45,641 bases of DNA from Kofleriaceae bacterium. Lineage in GTDB: Bacteria; Myxococcota_A; Polyangia; Haliangiales; Haliangiaceae. The position numbers and the translations under genes were made by a program. The notes beneath the pieces were generated by a model. It was not told the origin of the DNA. It saw only the letters and a program-made list of their open reading frames with translations, and searched no databases. Positions 32,338 through 41,897 of the stretch are shown here, one piece after another. Each line of letters opens with the position of its first letter. The first letter of the stretch is position 1. Where the stretch lies: assembly GCA_046597055.1 (NCBI GenBank), contig JBKJLC010000160.1:1-45641 (forward strand). Direction: 5' to 3'.

Positions 32338-33297
32338 ATGAAGACACTGACCGAGTTCTCGATCGTGATGCTCCGCCGTGGCGCCGAAGCGCGCGCGGCC
32401 AAGTCTGCTGAGGGCGTGCTCCCGGAGGCGATCGCCGAGGCGATTGCCGGCGCGCTCAGCGTCCCGGCCGAGCGCGCGCAGCGCCTGGTCGAGGCGCTCG
32501 ACGTCGTCGGCGACAGCCTCGAAAAGGTCCGCCTGGTGCGGGTCTACCAGGGCGAGAAGGGCCCGGTCGGCGCCACCAGCGTCGGCGAGTTCCACTACGC
32601 GATCGATCGCGTCACCAGCGGCAGCAACCAGCGCCGGCCCAAGCCGGCCGGCGGCGACCGCGGTGGCCGCGGTGGTGGTGACCGCGGCGGCGGCGGCGGC
32701 CCCGGTGGCGGCGGCGGGTTCGGTGGCGGCGGCTTCGGCGACAAGAAGGGCCCGCCCAAGCCGCGCGGCCTGAGCGCCTTCATGGCCGGTGCCGACAAGC
32801 CCAAGGAGAGCGGCGACGACGACCGTGGCCCGCGTGGCGAGATGCCCCGCGCCGGCATGGGTTGGGTCCTCACCGCGGCGCCTCGCGAGGCGCGCGGCGA
32901 TCGGCCCGGTGGTGGTCGGGGCGGTCCCCGTCCCCCGCGTCGTGACGACCGCGGTCCGCGGCCCGGCGGTGGCCCCGGTGCCCCCCGGGGTCCCGGTGGT
33001 GGTCCTGGCGGCGGTGGCGGCGGCGGCGGCCCGGGTGGTCGTGGCCCGCGGCCCGCGGGTCCCGGCGGCCTGGCCGGTGCGGGTCCGGGTGGACCCGGTG
33101 GTGACCGGCGTGACGATCGTCGCGGTCCTGGCCCGGGCCCCGGCGGCGGTCGCGACCGTGGCCCCGGTGGCGGTGGTGGTGGTGATCGCGGACCGGGCGG
33201 CCCCCGGCCTGTGAATCAACCGGCGGTCGAGACCGTCTCAGCCGCCACCGAGGCTCCCGCGGCGGCGATCTCTGGCGACGAGACGCCCAAGTCCTGA
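32338..33297 (+). CDS. Hypothetical protein: small folded N-terminal domain plus long Gly/Arg/Pro-rich (RGG-like) tail
   Basis: MKTLTEFS... followed by about 200 aa of GDRGG/GPGG/RGPR low-complexity sequence. Confidence 0.75.
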   Translation: MKTLTEFSIVMLRRGAEARAAKSAEGVLPEAIAEAIAGALSVPAERAQRLVEALDVVGDSLEKVRLVRVYQGEKGPVGATSVGEFHYAIDRVTSGSNQRRPKPAGGDRGGRGGGDRGGGGGPGGGGGFGGGGFGDKKGPPKPRGLSAFMAGADKPKESGDDDRGPRGEMPRAGMGWVLTAAPREARGDRPGGGRGGPRPPRRDDRGPRPGGGPGAPRGPGGGPGGGGGGGGPGGRGPRPAGPGGLAGAGPGGPGGDRRDDRRGPGPGPGGGRDRGPGGGGGGDRGPGGPRPVNQPAVETVSAATEAPAAAISGDETPKS

Positions 33298-33420
33298 TCC
33301 GTCCGCAACGGCGAGCCCCGGGGTAGTGTCCGACTCGTGTCGGACACCACGATCGAGCAGGTCCGCGCCGGTCGTCCAGACCAGCCGGTCCGCCAGAACC
33401 ATCCCCCCGGAGGCTCCCCC

Positions 33421-33933
33421 ATGATCCGTCTCCCCGCTCTGAATCGGCGCTCGCTTCTGATCGCGCTTCCCCTGGTCGCGGCCCTGGTCCTCGGGCTGGG
33501 CGCAACGCCAGCCCAGGCCGACATGTCCAAGAAGGTGATCGCCGCGTTCAAGGGCAAGATCCTGGTCACCAGGTCCCCTCTCGAGGGCGGCGCCGACGAC
33601 AAGGCGACGATCGGGCGGTTCAAGAAGGAGACCCTCACCTCGGTGGCTGGGGCCGCCAACGCCGAGGAATCGCAGGAGTGGACCTTCGTGTACACGGCCT
33701 TCCTGAAGAGCAGCGGGTCCACGACCCTCAAGCTCGAGTTCCACGACGGCAAGAAGTACGTCGCCGACAAGACCCTGAGCGGGGTCGATCCCACCTCGAC
33801 GGTGCTCGCCGGTGACATCGTCATCAGCGAGGACGACGGCCTGACCAAGGGCAAGAAGTACACGCTGAAGATGGTCGGCAACGTCCGCGGCAAGGACGTC
33901 GTGCTCGCGACGTCCACGCTCACCATGAACTGA
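33421..33933 (+). CDS. Hypothetical secreted protein (beta-rich, Lys-rich)
   Basis: GGAGG SD and a signal peptide ending AQA. Confidence 0.75.
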   Translation: MIRLPALNRRSLLIALPLVAALVLGLGATPAQADMSKKVIAAFKGKILVTRSPLEGGADDKATIGRFKKETLTSVAGAANAEESQEWTFVYTAFLKSSGSTTLKLEFHDGKKYVADKTLSGVDPTSTVLAGDIVISEDDGLTKGKKYTLKMVGNVRGKDVVLATSTLTMN

Positions 33934-33980
33934 CGTTCGCGGGCCGTGGCGGCCCGCGCGTCGCTCAGGGGCACCGGCCT

Positions 33981-36011
33981 TCAAGCGTCGCGCGAGAACC
34001 GGAGGTCGGCCCTGAGCGACGCAGCGATCGACTCCTTCGCGGCCGCGACCACGGCGTCGACCGTGAAGCCGAGCTCGGCGAGGAGCACCTCGGCCGGCGC
34101 CGATGCGCCGTAGCGATCGAGGCCGACCACGGTACCGGTGGTGCCGACCACGTCGCCCCAGCCGAAGCTCACGCCGGCCTCGATCGCGACGCGCGCGCGC
34201 AGGGCCGCCGGCAGCACCGACTCGCGGTACGCGGCGTCCTGCTGGAAGAAGCGCTCCCAGCACGGCATCGACACCACCCGGGCCGCGATGCCCTCGCCGG
34301 CTAGCTTGTCCTGGGCGGCCAGGGCCAAGGTCACCTCGGAGCCGGTCGCGACCAGCGCGACGTCGGCGCGGCCGCCGTCGGCGTCCTTCAGCACGTAGGC
34401 GCCGCGGGCGACCGGCGCATCGGCCGGTGCCACCACCGGCAGGTCCTGCCGCGACAGCACCAGCGCGACCGGGCCATCGGTGCGGCCGAGCGCGAGCGCC
34501 CAGGCCGCGCGGGTCTCGTGCGCGTCGCAGGGCCGGACCACCCACAGGTTCGGCATCGCGCGCAGCGACATCAGGTGCTCGACCGGCTGGTGGGTCGGGC
34601 CGTCCTCGCCGAGCCCGATCGAGTCGTGGGTCCACACGTACGTGACCGGCAGATGGTTGAGCGCGGCCAGCCGCACCGACGGCCGCATGTAGTCGGAGAA
34701 GACGAAGAACGTCGCCGCGAACGGCCGCACCGCGCCGTGGTAGGCGAGCCCGTTGCAGATGGCGCCCATCGCGTGCTCGCGCACACCGAAGCGCAGGTTG
34801 CGGCCTGCCCCGCTGGGCCCGAAGTCGCCGCCGGGCACGATGGTCTTGGTCGACCCGCCGAGATCGGCGTCGCCGCCGAACAGCCACGGCACCTTGCCGG
34901 CCAACGCGACCATGCACTTGCCCGAGGCGATCCGGGTCGCGACCTGCTCGCCCGGGTTCCAGGTCGGCATCGCGTCGGCCCAGCCGGCCGGCAGCTCGCC
35001 GGCCCAGGCCTGGTCCCACATCGCGCCGAGCTCGGGATGCGCGCTCCGCCAGGCCGCCAGCCGCGCTCGCCAGGCCGCGTGGGCGGCGGCGCCGCGGGTC
35101 GCGATCTCGCCGCAGTGGGCGCGCACCGGCTCGGGCACGTGGAAGTGCAGCTCGGGGTCCCAGCCCAGCGCACGCTTGGTCGCTGCGAGCTCGTCCTTGC
35201 CGAGCGGCGAGCCGTGCGCGCTCGAGGTGCCGGCCTTCTTGGGCGAGCCGAAACCGATGGTGGTGCGCACGACGATCAGCGTCGGCCGCTCGGGGTCGGC
35301 CTTGGCCTCGCCGATCGCGCGGTCGATCGCGTCGACGTCACGATCGCCGTCCTCGACCCGCAGCACCTGCCAGCCCATCGCCGCGTAGCGCGCGCCGACG
35401 TCCTCGCTCATCGCGAGCGAGGCCGGGCCGTCGAGCGTGATCTGGTTGTCGTCGTAGAGGCAGATCAGCTTGCCGAGCTTGAGGTGACCGGCGAGCGACG
35501 CCGCCTCCTGCGCGACGCCCTCGACCACGTCGCCGTCGGACACCAGCGCGTAGGTGTGGTGATCGACGATCGTGTGGCCAGGCCGGTTGAACATGTGGGC
35601 GAGGAAGCGCTCGGCGATCGCCATGCCGACCGCGTTGGCGTGGCCCTGGCCGAGCGGGCCGGTGGTGCACTCGACGCCGGGCGTCTCGTGGCGCTCGGGG
35701 TGACCCGGCGTCTTCGAGCCCCACTGCCGGAACGCGCGCAGATCGTCGAGCGACAGGTCGAAGCCGGCCAGGTGCAGCAGCGAGTACACCAGCATCGAGC
35801 CGTGCCCGGCCGACAGCACGAACCGATCGCGATCGGGCCACTGCGGCGCCTGGGGATCGACGATCAGGTGCCGCTGCCACAGCGCGTACGCCATCGGCGC
35901 GGCGCCCATCGGCAGGCCCGGGTGGCCGCTGTTGGCGCGCTGGACGGCGTCGATCGAGAGCGTCCGGATCGTGTTGACGGCGAGGCGAACGAGGTCGTCG
36001 GGGGCGGTCAC
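33981..36011 (-). CDS. tkt: Transketolase
   Basis: [33 protein letters not shown] ThDP motif, GVREHAM and [18 protein letters not shown]. Confidence 0.98.
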   Translation of the reverse strand: MTAPDDLVRLAVNTIRTLSIDAVQRANSGHPGLPMGAAPMAYALWQRHLIVDPQAPQWPDRDRFVLSAGHGSMLVYSLLHLAGFDLSLDDLRAFRQWGSKTPGHPERHETPGVECTTGPLGQGHANAVGMAIAERFLAHMFNRPGHTIVDHHTYALVSDGDVVEGVAQEAASLAGHLKLGKLICLYDDNQITLDGPASLAMSEDVGARYAAMGWQVLRVEDGDRDVDAIDRAIGEAKADPERPTLIVVRTTIGFGSPKKAGTSSAHGSPLGKDELAATKRALGWDPELHFHVPEPVRAHCGEIATRGAAAHAAWRARLAAWRSAHPELGAMWDQAWAGELPAGWADAMPTWNPGEQVATRIASGKCMVALAGKVPWLFGGDADLGGSTKTIVPGGDFGPSGAGRNLRFGVREHAMGAICNGLAYHGAVRPFAATFFVFSDYMRPSVRLAALNHLPVTYVWTHDSIGLGEDGPTHQPVEHLMSLRAMPNLWVVRPCDAHETRAAWALALGRTDGPVALVLSRQDLPVVAPADAPVARGAYVLKDADGGRADVALVATGSEVTLALAAQDKLAGEGIAARVVSMPCWERFFQQDAAYRESVLPAALRARVAIEAGVSFGWGDVVGTTGTVVGLDRYGASAPAEVLLAELGFTVDAVVAAAKESIAASLRADLRFSRDA

Positions 36012-36181
36012 GTTCGCGGAACCTACACTGCCGAGTGGGCGAGGACCACCCGCCCGTGCATCTGGCGCGCGTGCCGCGACGCCGGTGGGGAACGTCGCAC
36101 CACCGCGCCGGCGCGGCCGATCGTCCCGCGGATCTTGTAAGCTGCCCCGTCACTTCGTTTTCTTCGATGGGGGCTGACTGC

Positions 36182-38020
36182 ATGACGACTCGCCTGTGCT
36201 CCGTGCTCCTCCGCGCTGCCGCGCTCGCCACGCTCGCGACCTGTGGCGGCAAGGAGTCGCCCGCGATCACCAGCCCCGGCCCGACCACCGGCGCGACCGG
36301 CGGCACCGCGACCGGGACCCGGCCCGCCGACGCCACGCCGGATCAGGGCGCGCCCACCGGGCCCACGGCCCTCGGCGACGCCGTCGTCAACCACCTGCCC
36401 GAGGTCTTCCCGCCGCGCTGGAAGGCGGTCGGGGTCGGTCAGACCGTGTCGTTCTCGGTCGCCGCGATCGACCAGGATCTCGACGACGTCCGGGTCGAGG
36501 TCACCGCGATGCCGACCTCGGCGAAGTTCGATCCGCTGACCCAGACCGTGACCTGGAAGCCGACCCGGCGCGACCTGCCGAAGGGCAGCTTCGCGCTGGC
36601 GATCACCGAGCTCGGATCGGGCGCGACCCGGGCGGTGACCTGGGACCTCGCAGTCGCGACCCGGAAGCAAGACGTCACCCGGCCGCCGCCCGGCCCCGAC
36701 GCGGCCGAGACGCTGTTCACGATCCACGATCCGGCCCGGCTCGCCGACACCCGCAAGGCGTACCCGTTCGACACCATGCTCGCGCTCGGCGCGACGATGT
36801 TCCGCGCCAGCTTGCCGCCCGAGGCCCAGCAGAAGCTGGCGCCGGTCAACAAGGCGGCCCTGTTCAGGAGCTTCCTCAAGGGCATGGCCGCGATCCACCA
36901 GAACCCACGGCTCGATCCCGACGCCAAGGAGTTCGACCAGAAGGTCTTCGGTGATCCGAAGGCCTGGCAGCTGACCGTGGTGCGGCCGCGCATCGACAAG
37001 AAGCTGCACGAGCTGCGGCTGGTCTACCGGGCGGTGAACGCGCCCGAGCCGGTGTTCGCGATGTTCCGCGTGCGGCCGGTGTGGGACGTGCCGACCCTGC
37101 CGCCCGAGGGCAAGGCCCTGAACAACCAGGTCCTCGCCGAGCTGCTGTGGAAGCACCTCCTCACCGCCGACGGCGCGATCAACCCGAAGCTGGTGAAGGA
37201 CCGCCGCGCCCACGGCAAGGCGGTGCTCGCGTTCGTCCAAGGCGTGCTGACCTACCAGGCGGCGGACGTCGCCCAGAAGCCGTGGGCGCGCGCCGGCTTC
37301 ATCGCGCTGCCGACCGAGGCCCGCATGGGCGGCGGCTCGGCCCGCAACCCCGACGGCACCTACGCGTCGGGCGACGGCTGGGCGTGGAGCGTGATGAAGC
37401 CGATGGCGCTGCCTGACGGCGCGACCCAGGCCTACGTCAACATCCCGATCCCGGGCTTCTGGACCCACACGGTGCCGTCCCCCGACAAGACCGCGTGGAT
37501 CGGCAAGTGCGCGCCGGCGTTCGACCCCGACGATCCGAAGCACAAGGCCGGCCACGAGGTGCTGTGCCGCAAGGCGCTCGGCTTCGTCGACCTGCCCGAC
37601 ACCACCAGCGGCACCGTCGCCCCCGCGAAGATCGACGCGATCAACCTGTACCGCGCCCACAAGGAGGGCGACGCAGTCGCGCTGTTGCCGCTCGACGATG
37701 GCCGCCGCGATCACGGCGAGGAGAACGGCATGACCTGCGCGCAGTGCCACATGCGCACGTTCGGGGTCCGCGACTACGGGGACGCTGCCACCGCCGATCC
37801 CAGGGCGGGCACGCCCCGGGCGCCCAACCGGACCCTCCCGACCCTGAACTTCCAGATCGTCCCCGCCGAGTACTGGGAGGCCTACACGCTGGACTTCATG
37901 CAAGACCAGGCGTGCAAGGCCAAGGTCCACCTCGAGGCCGCGCTCGGCAAGCCGGCCGCGCTCACCTGCGCGCTCGCCGATCCGGCGGCCCCGCGCGTGA
38001 CCGCGCCGCTGACGCACTGA
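36182..38020 (+). CDS. Lipoprotein with Ig/cadherin-like domain and a C-terminal c-type heme motif
   Basis: Lipobox LATC, an Ig-like segment (VSFSVAAIDQD...TWKP) and CAQCH near the C-terminus. Confidence 0.7.
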   Translation: MTTRLCSVLLRAAALATLATCGGKESPAITSPGPTTGATGGTATGTRPADATPDQGAPTGPTALGDAVVNHLPEVFPPRWKAVGVGQTVSFSVAAIDQDLDDVRVEVTAMPTSAKFDPLTQTVTWKPTRRDLPKGSFALAITELGSGATRAVTWDLAVATRKQDVTRPPPGPDAAETLFTIHDPARLADTRKAYPFDTMLALGATMFRASLPPEAQQKLAPVNKAALFRSFLKGMAAIHQNPRLDPDAKEFDQKVFGDPKAWQLTVVRPRIDKKLHELRLVYRAVNAPEPVFAMFRVRPVWDVPTLPPEGKALNNQVLAELLWKHLLTADGAINPKLVKDRRAHGKAVLAFVQGVLTYQAADVAQKPWARAGFIALPTEARMGGGSARNPDGTYASGDGWAWSVMKPMALPDGATQAYVNIPIPGFWTHTVPSPDKTAWIGKCAPAFDPDDPKHKAGHEVLCRKALGFVDLPDTTSGTVAPAKIDAINLYRAHKEGDAVALLPLDDGRRDHGEENGMTCAQCHMRTFGVRDYGDAATADPRAGTPRAPNRTLPTLNFQIVPAEYWEAYTLDFMQDQACKAKVHLEAALGKPAALTCALADPAAPRVTAPLTH

Positions 38021-38037
38021 TCTCGGCGCCGTACCCG

Positions 38038-41013
38038 ATGGCCAGTCCCTCACCCAGCACCACCCGCGCGAGGAAGGCGAGCCTGCCCGTCGTCGGAGGC
38101 CCCGACACCGGCGGCGCCAAGCCGCCCAAGGGCGGCGGCGGCAAGGCCGCCAAGGTCCGCGCCGGCGGCTGGGCCGCCTTCACAGATGCCGGCACCGCGC
38201 CCCGGGTGATCATCGCGGCCCGGGTGGTCCTCGTGCTGGCGGCGGCCGCGACCGTGCCGACCCTGCTCGGCGTCTCGCACGGCAACCGGATCTTCTGGAC
38301 GATGGCCATCGCGGCCCTGCCGTTCTTCTTCGCGGTGGTCGGCTTCCACGTGTGGCGGCGGATCTGTCCGCTCGCCGTGGCGGGACAGCTCGGCCGGCTG
38401 GTCGGGCGGCCCGGCACCCGCAAGGTCGACGGCTGGCTGGCCGAGAACTACCTGCTCGTGCAGTTCGGGGTGCTGGTCGCCGCGCTGTCGCTGCGCCTGG
38501 TCGCGACCAACGGCTCGGCGCTGTGGCTGTCGGGGTTCGTGATCGCGGTGTTCGTGACCGCGGCGATCGTCAGCTTCCTGTTCGGCGGCAAGACCTGGTG
38601 CAACTACCTGTGCCCGGTCGGCGTGGTCGAGAAGATCTACACCGAGCCGTCGCGCAACGTCGCCGGCAAGGGCGAGCTCACGTCGCAGTGCGCGCCGTGC
38701 GTCGCGTGCAAGAAGCACTGTCCGGACATCGATCTCGAGCAGGGCTACTGGAAGGAGGCCTCCGAGCGCCCCCGCCGCCTCGCGTACTTCGCGTGGCCCG
38801 GCATCGTCGTCGGGTTCTATACGTACTTCTTCCTGGTGTCGGGATCGTGGGCATACTACTTCGACGGCGGCTGGGCCTACGAGCGCGACCTGCCGACCCA
38901 CGCCTTCGATCCGGGCTTCACGTTCGCGCCCGCGATCCCGCGGATCGTCGCCGCACCGCTGACGCTGATCGGCTTCGGGCTCGCGAGCTTCATCGTGTTC
39001 GCGGCGATCGAGCAGCTGGTCATGCGCCCGCGCCTCCGCCGGCTCGGTCCCGACGCGACCGCCGAGGCCAAGGACGCGCTGCGTGCGCGCGTGCGTCACG
39101 GCATGCTCGCGGTCGCGGGGCTGGTCGCGTTCAACGCGTTCTATCTGTTTGCCGGCCAGCCCTCGCTCGGGCGCCTGCCCGGCTGGGTCGTGACCGGCTG
39201 GGGCTTGATCGTCGTGTTCGCATCGACCGCGATCTTCATCCGCCGGATCACGCGCCGCGAGGAGCAGTACGTCCACGAGAAGTTCGCGCAGAAGATCCTG
39301 AAGAAGTGGGAGTGGGGCGACGCGCCACCGTCCGACAAGCTCGAGGACATCTACTTGCTCCACACCGAGCGCACGAAGCAGCGCGAGGCGCGGCTGCGCG
39401 CGTACAAGGAGACGGTCCGCGAGATGGTGGCCGATGGTCTGGTGACCCGGCAGGAGCTCACGATCCTCGACAGCCTGCGCGCCCAGCTCGGCGTGTCGGA
39501 CAAGGATCACCAGAAGATGATCAACGAGCTGTCCGCCGAGGAGCGCCAGCTGTTCGACCCGGCCTACCGCGGGTCGGTCGAGCAGCGCCTCAAGGGCGAG
39601 CAGTACCGCAAGGACCTCCAGCGGATCTTCATCGAGGCAGCGCGCTCGGGCGCCAAGCCCGCGACGTCGACGCTCGAGGCGCTGCGCCACGAGCGCGGGG
39701 TAACCCCCGACGAAGAAGAGTCCGAGCTCGCACGGATGCTCGCGCCCGGCGGTCCGATCGCGGCGCTCTACGAGGCGGAGCTCGCGGAGATCACGCGGCT
39801 CGTCGCGGCGGCCGAGGTCACGAATCATCCCGGCGCGGGCGCGGCGTCTGCCGTGAAGCCCGAGATGGAGCGAGCAAGCGAACGCTTGCAAGCGAGACCA
39901 GACGCCGACTCGGCCAGCCTCGCGCTGCTCCGTCACCTCGCACGGCTGCGCGCGCACGAGCACGCGATCAACGCGCTCGGCGTCCTCGCGGTGATGACCG
40001 ATCGACCCGAGGTCGAGCAGGTCCGCGCCCAGGCCGCGGCGCGCGGCGTCGTGCGCAGCGAGCTCCTCGAGATGCTCGACGCCGTCGACCCGGCACTCCG
40101 CGTTCCGCTCGTCGACGCGCTGACGCGGCTCGAGCGCGGCGGCGCGACCGAGCTCGTGGTGGGGCCCATCCTCGCGATCTCCGAGGATCCGTCGCGCTAT
40201 CTGCGCGCTGCGGCGGCGGTGTTGCTGTCGCGGTTCGACGACGACGGGTCACGCAAGCGCCTCGAGGCCATGCTCGACGACGGTGAGCCGATCGTGCGCG
40301 AGGCCGCAGTGCGGGCGATGGGCGCGAAGAGCCGGCTGACCCGCGATCTCCTGTCGAAGGTGCTGAGCGATCCGGATCCGATCGTCCGCAGCGCCGCCGT
40401 GCGCGCGGTGTCGGGGACGACCTCCTCGGAGCTGCCCGCCCTGAATCCGTCGATCTTCGCGCAGACCAAGCACGGCGTCGGCAAGCCCGGGGCCTACGCC
40501 ACGCTCGATGCCAACGCAGCGGTCGCCTCGCTGACAACGATCGAGAAGATGATGCTGATCCGCCAGGTCCCGATCTTCGCCGACCTCGGCCCCGATGATC
40601 TCGAGGAGCTCGCGACTGTCGTCGAGGAGCGTCGCATCGAGCCAGGCAAGGACGTGTTCCGCGAGGGTGACCCCGGCGATGCCGTGTACCTGATCGTGAA
40701 GGGGCTCGTGCGGGTATTCACCGGCGGCGATGGCGAGCGTCCCGAGCGCGTGCTCTCCGAGCTCGGACCGGGCGCGTGCATCGGCGAGATGGCGGTGCTC
40801 GATGCCGCGCCGCGCTCGGCGACCGTCCGTGCCATCGAGCGCACACGGACGCTGCGCGTGCCGGGCGAGGGCTTCAAGCGCGTGATGTCGGAGCGGCCCG
40901 AGATGTCGCAGGCGATCGTCGCCGAGCTCGTCAAGCGCATGCGCGGCATGATGAACAGCCCCTCGCCGGCGTCATCGAGCGCGGCGATCGCGATCCCGAA
41001 GCAGGATGCGTAG
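38038..41013 (+). CDS. Membrane 4Fe-4S (NapH/FixG-like) domain + HEAT repeats + cyclic-nucleotide-binding domain protein
   Basis: WRRICP, WCNYLCP and CAPCVACKKHCP. HEAT-like DPIVRSAAVRA repeats. cNMP domain FREGDPGD...GEMAVL...PRSATV. Confidence 0.8.
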   Translation: MASPSPSTTRARKASLPVVGGPDTGGAKPPKGGGGKAAKVRAGGWAAFTDAGTAPRVIIAARVVLVLAAAATVPTLLGVSHGNRIFWTMAIAALPFFFAVVGFHVWRRICPLAVAGQLGRLVGRPGTRKVDGWLAENYLLVQFGVLVAALSLRLVATNGSALWLSGFVIAVFVTAAIVSFLFGGKTWCNYLCPVGVVEKIYTEPSRNVAGKGELTSQCAPCVACKKHCPDIDLEQGYWKEASERPRRLAYFAWPGIVVGFYTYFFLVSGSWAYYFDGGWAYERDLPTHAFDPGFTFAPAIPRIVAAPLTLIGFGLASFIVFAAIEQLVMRPRLRRLGPDATAEAKDALRARVRHGMLAVAGLVAFNAFYLFAGQPSLGRLPGWVVTGWGLIVVFASTAIFIRRITRREEQYVHEKFAQKILKKWEWGDAPPSDKLEDIYLLHTERTKQREARLRAYKETVREMVADGLVTRQELTILDSLRAQLGVSDKDHQKMINELSAEERQLFDPAYRGSVEQRLKGEQYRKDLQRIFIEAARSGAKPATSTLEALRHERGVTPDEEESELARMLAPGGPIAALYEAELAEITRLVAAAEVTNHPGAGAASAVKPEMERASERLQARPDADSASLALLRHLARLRAHEHAINALGVLAVMTDRPEVEQVRAQAAARGVVRSELLEMLDAVDPALRVPLVDALTRLERGGATELVVGPILAISEDPSRYLRAAAAVLLSRFDDDGSRKRLEAMLDDGEPIVREAAVRAMGAKSRLTRDLLSKVLSDPDPIVRSAAVRAVSGTTSSELPALNPSIFAQTKHGVGKPGAYATLDANAAVASLTTIEKMMLIRQVPIFADLGPDDLEELATVVEERRIEPGKDVFREGDPGDAVYLIVKGLVRVFTGGDGERPERVLSELGPGACIGEMAVLDAAPRSATVRAIERTRTLRVPGEGFKRVMSERPEMSQAIVAELVKRMRGMMNSPSPASSSAAIAIPKQDA

Positions 41014-41052
41014 CGCTTGCGAGCCCGCCGTCCGCGCGCGTACGCTCGCGAC

Positions 41053-41331
41053 ATGAAGCGAGACGCGGCTCAAACCATCTTCCGCACCGTGGTGTTCGCC
41101 GGCGCGATGCTCGGCACTGGCGCGTGCGGCGGCAAGAGCAAGCCGGCACCTGCGGCACCGAGCAACACAGCACCCGCGGCGACCGACAACGCGACGCCGG
41201 CCGACGGCACGACCCCGGCAAACCCATGTGCCGGCGCCGACCCGTGTGCAGGCGCCGATCCGTGCGCCTCGCGGCCGCGTGTCGACAATCCGTGCGGTGG
41301 CGGCACCGGCCGCGGCTTCATCCTGTCGTGA
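41053..41331 (+). CDS. Small lipoprotein-like precursor peptide 1 (C-terminal TGRGFILS; (N/D)PC repeats)
   Basis: 92 aa with IFRTVVFAGAMLGTGAC leader and NPCAGADPCAGADPCAS...NPCGG. TACGCT lies 6 nt upstream of the ATG. Confidence 0.75.
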   Translation: MKRDAAQTIFRTVVFAGAMLGTGACGGKSKPAPAAPSNTAPAATDNATPADGTTPANPCAGADPCAGADPCASRPRVDNPCGGGTGRGFILS

Positions 41332-41455
41332 GCGTCATCCTGTCCTGACCGTCGGGGCCTCTCGGGTTCGAGATGGAACGAGCCAGCGGATGCTGGCGAG
41401 CGGGGCCTGGAATTCGGCGGGCCGCGGTGTCATCGTCAACACCCTGGGAGGATTC

Positions 41456-41890
41456 ATGGCGAAGCACCGCGAGCTTGCGAACATTGTCTTTGCGACCACG
41501 CTCGGTCATACGAGCGCATCGAAGATCTGGCGGACCGTGGTGTTCGCCGGCGCGATGCTGGTGACGCCGATCGCTGCCGGCTGCGGCGGTAACACCAAGC
41601 CCGCGCCCGTCGAGCCGATGCCGGTGACCCGCACCGAGCCCGCGCCCACCGAGGCCGAGCAGGACGCGAAGGAAGCCGACCAGAAGGCAGCCTCCGACAA
41701 GGCCGCCGCCGAGGCACAGGCGATGGCCGAGCAGGAAGCCGCCGACAAGGCTGCCGCCGATGCGGCCGCGAAGGAAGTCGCCGCCAAGGAAGCGGCCGAC
41801 CGCGAAGCCGCCGCTGCCGAAGCCGCGAAGAAGCCGCGCCCACGCACCACCAAGTCGCGCCCGACGGGCCGCGGCTTCATCCTGTCGTAG
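41456..41890 (+). CDS. Small lipoprotein-like precursor peptide 2 (C-terminal TGRGFILS)
   Basis: 144 aa with GGAGG SD, IWRTVVFAGAML...AAGC leader, an Ala/Glu/Lys helical middle, and a C-terminus identical to peptide 1. Confidence 0.8.
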   Translation: MAKHRELANIVFATTLGHTSASKIWRTVVFAGAMLVTPIAAGCGGNTKPAPVEPMPVTRTEPAPTEAEQDAKEADQKAASDKAAAEAQAMAEQEAADKAAADAAAKEVAAKEAADREAAAAEAAKKPRPRTTKSRPTGRGFILS

Positions 41891-41897
41891 CGCCGTC

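Noticed and set aside
37495..38037. N-terminal extension of the 1172-aa ORF
   Set aside because: It overlaps the lipoprotein gene in another frame. ATG 38038, just after its stop, is more plausible.
41329..41331. Sec readthrough of precursor 1's TGA
   Set aside because: The paralog ends at the same residue with TAG, so this TGA is a true stop.
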